Assembly (NCBI RefSeq): GCF_009834185.1
Contig: NZ_CP047173.1
Coordinates: 1,391,725-1,455,724 of the forward strand
Direction of reading: 5' to 3'
Origin: Rathayibacter sp. VKM Ac-2760
Lineage (GTDB): Bacteria > Actinomycetota > Actinomycetes > Actinomycetales > Microbacteriaceae
DNA length: 64,000 bases
Shown: piece after piece, positions 57,080 through 64,000 of the stretch
Position numbering within the stretch: the stretch's first letter is position 1
Layout of the letters: each line of letters begins with the position of its first letter
The notes under the pieces: model-generated
The model's database searches: none
What the model was told of the DNA's origin: nothing
The model's input: the letters and a program-made list of their open reading frames with translations, nothing else
Made by a program: the position numbers and the translations under genes

Positions 57080-58519
57080 GTGAACGGCGCCACCCGCACC
57101 GAGACCGACTCGCTCGGCCCGCTCGACATCCCGGCCGACGCCTACTGGGGCATCCACACCGCCCGGGCCCTGGACAACTTCCCGATCTCGAAGCGCCCGA
57201 TCTCGATCTACCCGGACCTCGTCCGCGCGCTGGCGACCGTCAAGCTCGCGGGGGCCCGGGCGAACACGGAGATCGGCAGCCTCGCCCCGGCGAAGGCCGA
57301 GCTGATCGAGCAGGCCTGCCGCCGGATCATCGACGGCGAGTTCCACGACCAGTTCGTGGTCGGTGTCATCCAGGGCGGCGCCGGCACCTCGACGAACATG
57401 AACGCGAACGAGGTCGTCGCCAACGTCGCCCTCGAGATCGCCGGCCGGCCCAAGGGTGACTACGCCTTCCTGCACCCCCTCGACGACGTGAACCGCAGCC
57501 AGTCCACCAACGACGTCTACCCGACGTCGATCAAGATCGCGATGACCTGGTCGCTGCGCCGGCTGCTCGACGAGCTCGCCCTCCTCCAGGCCTCGTTCTC
57601 GCGGAAGGCCGTCGAGTTCGGCAGCGTCCTCAAGGTCGGCCGGACGCAGCTGCAGGACGCGGTGCCGATGACCCTCGGCCAGGAGTTCCACGGCTTCGCC
57701 ACCACGCTCGGCGAGGACCACGCGCGCCTCTCCGAGACGATCTGGCTGCTCGCCGAGGTCAACATCGGCGCCACCGCGATCGGCACCGGCATCACCGCCG
57801 ATCCGCGCTACGGCGCCGCCGCCGTCCGCCACCTCAACGAGCTGACCGACCTCGACCTCGAGATGGCGCAGGACCTGGTCGAGGCGACCAGCGACGCCGG
57901 CGTCTTCATGTCGTTCTCGAGCGCGCTGAAGCGCTCGGCGATCAAGCTCTCCAAGATCTGCAACGACCTCCGCCTGCTCTCCTCGGGCCCGCAGGCCGGC
58001 TTCGGCGAGCTCAACCTGCCGCCGCGCCAGGCCGGCTCGAGCATCATGCCCGGCAAGGTGAACCCGGTGATCCCCGAGGTCGTCAACCAGGTCGCCTACT
58101 CGGTGGCCGGCGCCGACGTCACCGTGACCATGGCGGCCGAGGCCGGCCAGCTGCAGCTCAACGCCTTCGAGCCGGTGATCGCGCACTCGCTGCTGCAGTC
58201 GATCACCTGGATGACCCAGGCCTGTCTCACGCTCCGGATCAACTGCATCGACGGCGTCACCGCCAACGTCGACCGGCTGGAGGCGATGGTCGCCTCCTCG
58301 GTCGGCGTGGTCACCGCGCTGACCCCGAGCATCGGCTACACCGCGTCGGCGGCCCTCGCGAAGGCGGCGCTCGCCACCGGGCGCAACGTCGCCGACCTGG
58401 TGGTCGAGGCCGGTCTGATGTCGCGCGAGGAGGTGCTGCGGCTCATCTCACCCGCGCGCCTCTCCGGCATCGAGGCGATGACCGCGTCCCTCCCGATCAT
58501 CGAGCCGACGCCGGAGTAG
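57080..58519 (+). CDS. aspA: aspartate ammonia-lyase
   Basis: Fumarase/aspartase signature GSSIMPGKVNPV and an AspA-like N-terminus (DSLGPLDIPADAYWGIHT). GTG at 57080 with a GGAAGGA RBS. An in-frame GTG at 57014 is an alternative start. Confidence 0.9.
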   Translation: MNGATRTETDSLGPLDIPADAYWGIHTARALDNFPISKRPISIYPDLVRALATVKLAGARANTEIGSLAPAKAELIEQACRRIIDGEFHDQFVVGVIQGGAGTSTNMNANEVVANVALEIAGRPKGDYAFLHPLDDVNRSQSTNDVYPTSIKIAMTWSLRRLLDELALLQASFSRKAVEFGSVLKVGRTQLQDAVPMTLGQEFHGFATTLGEDHARLSETIWLLAEVNIGATAIGTGITADPRYGAAAVRHLNELTDLDLEMAQDLVEATSDAGVFMSFSSALKRSAIKLSKICNDLRLLSSGPQAGFGELNLPPRQAGSSIMPGKVNPVIPEVVNQVAYSVAGADVTVTMAAEAGQLQLNAFEPVIAHSLLQSITWMTQACLTLRINCIDGVTANVDRLEAMVASSVGVVTALTPSIGYTASAALAKAALATGRNVADLVVEAGLMSREEVLRLISPARLSGIEAMTASLPIIEPTPE

Positions 58520-58526
58520 TCCGGCC

Positions 58527-58604
58527 CACTCCGCGAGATGCCACTTGCGCGCGCCTTCCTCGGCGTGTCGCGCTCACAAGTGGCATCTCGCGGAGAGGTG
58601 CAGG
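58527..58604. repeat. palindromic REP-like element, family 1 copy 4
   Basis: CGCGAGATGCCACTTG...CACAAGTGGCATCTCGCG, between convergent aspA and adaA-alkA. The alkA-frame stop codon TGA lies inside the element. Confidence 0.85.
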
Positions 58605-60038
58605 GCGGCGTAGCTGCGCCAGGGGGACCAGGGGCGGGAGGAGTCGGCGAGGGCTCGAGGGGTCGAGGGGAGACCGAGGGCCGCGGCGCCGCGGCGGACG
58701 GGACCGTCGTCGGCGAGCAGCACGTCCGGGTCGCCGGTGATCCGTGCCGCGACGGAGCCGGCGGCCACCGGATCGATGCCGTCCACGGCGAGCAGGCGTT
58801 CCAGCAACTCCTCGCGACTCGCGCCGGCGTCGAGCCGCAGCTCGCCGGCGGCGAGGAGCGCGGCGACGCGGAGGACGGTCCCGACTCCGCGAGCGCCTGC
58901 CAGCGGCTCCGCGCCGCGGTCGGCGATCGCCGCGGGCGAGGAAGGCGCGGGTGATCGCCCCACTCGCGAGCGCGGCGGGCAGCGGCTCGCCGAGGGCCGC
59001 GACCAGCCGGGTCAGCGCCGCGCGGGCCGCGACCGGAGCACCGCGCCCGATCAGCGTGCGGAGCAGGGTCTCCGCCGGGTCGACGGAGCCCGGCAGGCGG
59101 ATCCCGGGCCTCGCGGCGACGAGCGGAGCGAGCACCGGATCCGCCGCGAGCGCCTCGTCGATCGCCGCGGAGTCGGCGTCGAGGTCGAGCAGACGGCGCA
59201 CCCGCGCGACCAGCGGGCCGACGTCGGCGACGGAGGCGAGCGTCGCAGTGCAGCGCACCGCGTCGCCGTCGAGCTCGAGCCGGGCGATCGCCGGGCCGCC
59301 GGGCAGCGCGAGCGAGCGGGCGTACCGGTCCGGCCCTGCCTCCTCGACCCCCGGCAGGGCGGTGCCCCCGAGCGCGGTGAGCACGCCCGCGTCGAACGGC
59401 GCCCGCACCGGCAGGCGCAGCTCGAGCGTCGTCGCGCCCGCCTGCACGGCCGCCGCCGAGCGGTCGCCGCGGGTCGAGGCGCGCACGGCGCTGGGGCTGC
59501 GCTCGTACACCTCCTGGATCGTCGCGTTGAACTGCCGGATGCTCGCGAAGCCCGCCGCGAACGCCACCTCCGACACCGGCAGCTCGGTGCCGGTGAGCAG
59601 CAGCCGGGCCGTCTGCGCGCGCTGGGCCCTGGCCAGGGCGAGCGGAGGCGCGCCGAGCTCGTCGCGCAGGATCCGGCCGAGCTGGCGGGTGCCGTAGCCG
59701 AGTCGTGCGGCGAGCCCGGCGACACCCTCGCGGTCGACCACCCCGTCGCCGATCAGCCGCATCGCCCGGGCGGCGGTGTCGTCGCGGAGGTTCCACTCCG
59801 GCGAGCCGGGCACGGCGTCCGGCAGGCAGCGCTTGCACGCGCGCAGCCCCGCCTCGTGCGCGGCGGCCGCGGTCGGATAGAAGCGGACGTTGCCGGGCCG
59901 CGGAGTCGCGGCGGGGCAGCTCGGGCGGCAGTAGATGCCGGTCGAGTGCACGCCGGTGAGGAAGCGGCCGTCGAAGCGGGAGTCGCGCGAGGCGACCGCG
60001 CGGTAGCGCTGCTCGAAGAGCGGGTCGACGTCCGTCAT
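58574..60038 (-). CDS. AdaA-type methylphosphotriester sensor/AraC regulator fused to AlkA-like DNA-3-methyladenine glycosylase (apparent +1 frameshift near 58940-58960)
   Basis: N-terminal Ada Zn-Cys4 (CRPSCPA...CKRC), an AraC HTH, then an AlkA N-domain. The HhH-GPD part (ELRLDAGASREELLERLLAVDGIDPVAAG...WSPWRSYAALHL) is in the +1 frame. Junction GCCTTCCTCGCC versus expected GCCTTCCCCTCGCC points to a missing C in a C-run. Confidence 0.7.
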
Positions 60039-60142
60039 GCTCCGAGCCTCGCACGGCACGCGGCCGCTCGATCGCGGGAATCGGACACGGCCGCTGTCAA
60101 CCGCCGGTCCGGCGGCCCGCCGGTGCCCTACTCTCGGTCCCC

Positions 60143-61258
60143 ATGAGCGTCTACCCGCCGCCCCCGCCCGCCCGGCCCTCGATCGTCCCGACCGTGCTGG
60201 GCGCGATCGGCGTCGCGCTGCTCGGCGTGCTGCTGCTCCTCGTGCTCGCCTACGTCGTGTCGGGTCTCGGCGCGACCGCCGCGGGGATCTGCGCGGTCGT
60301 CGCCCTGGTGCCGCTGCTGATCGTGCTCGCGGGCGTCCGCTGGGTCGACCGCTGGGAGCCGGAGGCGCCGCTCGGGCTGTGGTTCGCGTTCCTCTGGGGC
60401 GCGGCGGGCTCCGTGGCGATCTCGCTCCTGGTCGACCTCGGCGTGCAGATCGCGGTCTACGCGACCGGGGCGCAGCCGAGCGAGTCGGACTTCGTCGGCG
60501 CGGTGATCCAGGCGCCGATCGTCGAGGAGTCGGCCAAGGGGCTCGGCGTGCTGCTGATCCTGCTGATCTGGCGCCGGAGCTTCGACGGACCGGTCGACGG
60601 CATCGTCTACGCGGCGGTCGTCGCCTCCGGATTCGCCTTCGTCGAGAACATCCTCTACTTCGGCAGCGCGCTGGTGGAGGGCGGGCTCGGCTCGCTGGCC
60701 GTCACCTTCTTCCTCCGCGGCGTGCTCTCGCCGTTCGCGCACGTGCTCTTCACCGCCTGCTTCGGCGCCGCACTCGGTGTCGCGATGAACCGCCCGCCCG
60801 CCGCGCGCCTGCCGATCGCGCTGCTCGGCCTGGCGCTCGCCGCTTTCCTGCACGCGCTCTGGAACGGCTCGTCGTTCCTCGTCGCCGACTGGTTCGGCTT
60901 CTACGGCGTGGTGCAGGTGCCGCTGTTCGTCGTCGCGGTGGTGATCGTCTCGCTGCTGCGCCGGCAGGAGCGGCGGGTCACCCTGGAGCGGCTCGGCGAC
61001 TACGCCGCGGCCGGCTGGCTCTCGCCGACCGAGGTGCGGATGATCGGCACGGCCGAGGGGCGCCGCACCGCCGCGCGCTGGGCCCGGGTGGCCGGCGGCG
61101 ACCGGCCGCGGGCGATGCGCGGCTTCATCCGCTCGGCGACGCGGCTCGCCCACGTGGGTCAGCAGCAGCTGGCCGGGCGCGGTGGGCGCGGGGCGGTGCT
61201 CGACGAGCGGGTGCTGCTGGACGAGCTGGTGGCGCGCCGCGCCGCGCTGACCGGCTGA
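60143..61258 (+). CDS. PrsW-family intramembrane metalloprotease
   Basis: EESAKG, FAFVENILY and HALWN motifs across multiple TM segments. Confidence 0.85.
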   Translation: MSVYPPPPPARPSIVPTVLGAIGVALLGVLLLLVLAYVVSGLGATAAGICAVVALVPLLIVLAGVRWVDRWEPEAPLGLWFAFLWGAAGSVAISLLVDLGVQIAVYATGAQPSESDFVGAVIQAPIVEESAKGLGVLLILLIWRRSFDGPVDGIVYAAVVASGFAFVENILYFGSALVEGGLGSLAVTFFLRGVLSPFAHVLFTACFGAALGVAMNRPPAARLPIALLGLALAAFLHALWNGSSFLVADWFGFYGVVQVPLFVVAVVIVSLLRRQERRVTLERLGDYAAAGWLSPTEVRMIGTAEGRRTAARWARVAGGDRPRAMRGFIRSATRLAHVGQQQLAGRGGRGAVLDERVLLDELVARRAALTG

Positions 61259-61284
61259 CCACGGGGAACGAAGGGAGTCGCCGA

Positions 61285-62103
61285 GTGCGCAGCATCGAGG
61301 TCGGGACCGCCGACGGGGGAGTCCTCCGCGTCCACGACAGCGCCGGCCCGGGCCGGCCGCTGCTCTGGCAGCACGGCTCCCCGCAGACCGGGGCGCTGCT
61401 GGCGCCCGTGCTGCGGGCCGCCCGCGAGCGCGGACTCCGGCTGCTCTCCTACGGCCGGCCGGGCTACGGCGGCTCGACCGCCCGGCCGGGTCGCGACGTG
61501 GCCTCGGCGGCGGAGGACGTCCGCGCCGTCCTCGACGCACTCGGCCTCGACCGGATCCTGACGGCCGGCGCCTCGGGCGGTGGACCGCACGCCCTGGCCT
61601 GCGGCGCCCTGCTCGCCGACCGGGTCGACGGCGTGCTGGCGCTCGCCTCACCCGCGCCGGACGACGGCGGCCCCGAGTGGCTCGCCGGCATGGCGGCGCC
61701 GGGCGGGCTCGCCTCCGCGCGGGAGGGCCGCGATTCGCGCGCCCGCTTCGCCGAGACGGACGAGTTCGATCCCGCGTCGTTCGTCCCGGCGGACGACGAG
61801 GCGCTCGAGGGCGAGTGGGCGGCGCTCGGCGAGGACGTCGCGCGCTCCGAGGAGTGGGGCGACGGCGGCCTGATCGACGACGACGTCGCCTTCGCGCGGC
61901 CCTGGGGCGTCGACCTCGCGGCGGTGCGCTGCCCGGTCGTCCTGGTGCAGGGCGGCCTCGACCGGGTGATCCCGCCGCACCACGCCCGCAGGCTGCGCGC
62001 GCTCCTCCCGAGCGCCGAGCTGCACGAGCACCCGGGCGACGGCCACGTCTCGGTGCTGCGGCGGTTGCCCGAGGCGCTCGACCGGCTGCTCGCAGTGAGC
62101 TGA
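61285..62103 (+). CDS. alpha/beta hydrolase
   Basis: GASGGG nucleophile elbow and a C-terminal His motif (HPGDGH). GTG start with a GAAGGGAG RBS. Confidence 0.75.
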   Translation: MRSIEVGTADGGVLRVHDSAGPGRPLLWQHGSPQTGALLAPVLRAARERGLRLLSYGRPGYGGSTARPGRDVASAAEDVRAVLDALGLDRILTAGASGGGPHALACGALLADRVDGVLALASPAPDDGGPEWLAGMAAPGGLASAREGRDSRARFAETDEFDPASFVPADDEALEGEWAALGEDVARSEEWGDGGLIDDDVAFARPWGVDLAAVRCPVVLVQGGLDRVIPPHHARRLRALLPSAELHEHPGDGHVSVLRRLPEALDRLLAVS

Positions 62104-62125
62104 GGCGACGGCGGCCGCCGCCTGG

Positions 62126-63393
62126 TCAGCTCGGCTGCACCGCGACCTCGGGGTCGGTCGCCGTCCGCCTCGCCCGCAGTCGTTCCGCGGCGCGGCGGCG
62201 GAGATCCGCGAACGCGACGACGCCGGAGGCGAGGCACAGCGCCGCCACGGCCGGTGCGACCAGGTCGATCGCCGCCTCCAGCCCGAGCGCCGTCGCCACG
62301 GCTCCCGCGGCGACCGCGGTGATGGCCTGCGCGAGGTAGCTCAGAAGGTAGACGGCCGAGATCATCGAGCCGCGGTGCTCGGGCGGCGCCGCCTGCCCGA
62401 CCAGTGCGAGCCCGCCCGAGAAGCTGAGCGAGTAGCCGACGCCGCCGACGATCATGAAGGCGACGAACAGCACGAGCGAGCCGCTCGCCGCCGTCCACTC
62501 CATCAGCGCGAGACCGGCGATCGCGACCACGGCGCCGGCGATGATCGCGAGATGCGCGTGCACCCGCTGGATCGCCAGGGCGGTGAGACCGATCACGACC
62601 GACGACAGCGCGAGCACCGCGCCGATCACGAGCAGATCGGTCGTGCCGGTGAGCTCCCGCGCCATCTGCGCGCCGAGGGAGAGCACGAGGGCGCCGACCG
62701 CGTAGGCGACCGAGACGGCGAGCGTCGCTCCGGCGTACGCGCTCCGCAGACCCGCGGGCACGGTGGGCAGGCGCGGGCGCCAGCGGGCACCCGGGACCGG
62801 GCGGTCGTCGCGACCGAGGGCCAGCAGGACGAGCGTGACCGCGCCGACCAGCCCCAGGACCCAGTAGCTCAGCTGCAGGGGCAGCGGCGCGTACTGCGCC
62901 AGGGCTCCCGAGAGCAGGAGCGACAGGGTGAGCCCCGCGGCGGTCGACACGGTCGTCAGCGACGAGGGGAGCCGCGGGTTGGCCGACACGTTGTTGTCGA
63001 CGAGGGAGGCGCTCGCCGCGCTGAGCGCGAGCGCCGTCCCGACGCCCTGCATCGCCCGGCCGAGATAGAGCAGCGCGACGCCGTCCGCGAGCGAGAAGAC
63101 GAGCGCCGAGAGCGCGATCAGGGCGATGCCCAGCAGCATCGTCCGCCGCCGCCCGATGACGTCGGAGAGCCCGCCGACGAGGAGCAGCGCGAGCAGCAGC
63201 GCGACGGGATAGGCGCCGAAGACCGAGGTGATGACGACGGGGGAGAGTCCCCACTCCGCCGCGTAGCTGGGGTAAAGCACGGAGGGCGCGCCGCTGGACC
63301 AGAGGCACAGGGCCAGCACGAGCGTCGAGACCCAGAAGGCGCCTCGCCGCCCGAAGCGCGCGGGAGGGCGGAGGACGGTCCGGGGAGTCGGCA
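62126..63393 (-). CDS. MFS transporter
   Basis: 12 TM segments and MFS motif A (GGLSDVIGRRR). Confidence 0.85.
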
Positions 63394-63414
63394 TGGCGGC
63401 CACGCTAGTGCCCT

Positions 63415-63429
63415 GGCTTGGAAAAACCA
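63415..63429. promoter_or_regulatory. palindrome CTTGGAAAAACCAAG in the divergent MFS/HxlR promoter (candidate HxlR operator)
   Basis: Perfect 5-bp arms around an A5 spacer, 25 bp upstream of the HxlR GTG start. Confidence 0.3.
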
Positions 63430-63454
63430 AGCGAGCCTGCGATAGTCTCGACAC

Positions 63455-63952
63455 GTGCCCGCCACCGCCCGCCTCCCCGTCGACGTCGACAGCGACCGGG
63501 CCGAGCGCTGCTCGGTCGCCCGATCCCTCGAGCTCCTCGGCGAGCGCTGGAGCCTGCTGATCATCCGGGAGGCGCTGCGCGGAGCGAGCACCTACTCCGA
63601 GTTCCGCGAGCGGCTCGGTGTGCCGAGCGACGTGCTCTCGGCGCGGCTGCGCACCCTCACCGAGGCCGGGATCTTCGCCAAGGTCCCCTACCGGCCGGAA
63701 GGAGCGCGCGAGCGCTCCCGCTACGAGCTCACCGAGCAGGGCCGCGCGCTGAAGCTCGTGCTCGTCGCGCTCGCGCAGTGGGGCGATGAGAACCGTCCGC
63801 TGCCGCAGGGTGCGAGCTCGATCCCGGCCGACGCCGACTCGGGCGAGCGGCTCGAGCTCGCCTTCGTCGACCGGGAGGGCCGCCGGTCGCCTCTCGAGCG
63901 CGTCCGGATCGTGCCCGGCCCCGCCGCCCGGTCGACCTGGAAGAGTCTCTGA
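63455..63952 (+). CDS. HxlR-family transcriptional regulator
   Basis: HxlR wHTH signature (CSVARSLELLGERWSLLIIREALRGASTYSEF). Confidence 0.8.
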   Translation: MPATARLPVDVDSDRAERCSVARSLELLGERWSLLIIREALRGASTYSEFRERLGVPSDVLSARLRTLTEAGIFAKVPYRPEGARERSRYELTEQGRALKLVLVALAQWGDENRPLPQGASSIPADADSGERLELAFVDREGRRSPLERVRIVPGPAARSTWKSL

Positions 63953-64000
63953 GCCGAGCGTCCCGGCCGAGGGCGGTCCTCAGGCCGCGCGCAGCACCCG

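Overview
This is a high-GC (about 70-72%) actinobacterial chromosomal segment, Microbacteriaceae-like in codon usage, with dense and frequently start/stop-overlapping genes. The six-frame track is full of antisense and off-frame shadow ORFs typical of high-GC DNA. I kept only ORFs whose translations look like real protein families.

Main content, left to right:
- 1-4.3 kb: ilvE and a fumarylacetoacetate-hydrolase-family gene, then a RecQ helicase with a Lys/Thr-rich histone-like N-terminal tail, then a small DUF2795 gene.
- 4.3-26.3 kb: a roughly 22-kb composite locus. A minus-strand run encodes an MSMEG_0568-family radical SAM enzyme, an MSMEG_0567-type GNAT/AIR-synthase-like fusion, an aldehyde dehydrogenase and HldE. 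Diverging from it is a plus-strand run encoding an Sll0783/MSMEG_0572-family protein, a Nit hydrolase, an MSMEG_0570-like small protein, an MSMEG_0569-like FAD oxidoreductase, a second Nit paralog with substituted catalytic residues, an MSMEG_0565-like glycosyltransferase and an acyl-CoA ligase. A GT9 heptosyltransferase follows on the plus strand. A second minus-strand operon then encodes GmhB, GT9, GT, GT4, GmhA, a frameshifted second hldE and an SDR, and a third GT9 gene is divergent from it. So the nitrogen-starvation cluster of unknown function is physically merged with a complete ADP-heptose pathway and three heptosyltransferases in an organism that should have no LPS.
- 26.2-31.0 kb: a group-3 sigma factor; a 92-bp tandem repeat array (9 units) followed by a C-rich G-quadruplex-prone tract; gltX with a leaderless-type promoter; a TrxB-like oxidoreductase; tRNA-Gln.
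- 31-37.6 kb: a flotillin, a lipoprotein, then a somewhat lower-GC islet with an RHH antitoxin plus BrnT-like toxin pair, a GIY-YIG-DUF2075 (Schlafen-like ATPase) gene overlapped by a MazG-like NTP pyrophosphohydrolase gene, and a GNAT gene.
- 37.6-49.6 kb: housekeeping and miscellaneous genes (permease, M20 peptidase, FAD oxidase, hydrolases, VOC, pRiA4b-ORF3-domain protein, quinone oxidoreductase, small membrane proteins).
- 49.6-56.6 kb: an ethanolamine/polyamine gamma-glutamylation-type catabolic cluster: GntR regulator, SDR, ALDH with an apparent frameshift, PuuD-like hydrolase, GlnA-like synthetase, Eat-type permease.
- 57-64 kb: aspA, an AdaA-AlkA fusion with an apparent frameshift, PrsW, a hydrolase, an MFS transporter and HxlR.

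Two unrelated families of long palindromic intergenic elements sit at 3' gene ends: family 1 in 4 copies and family 2 in 5 copies.
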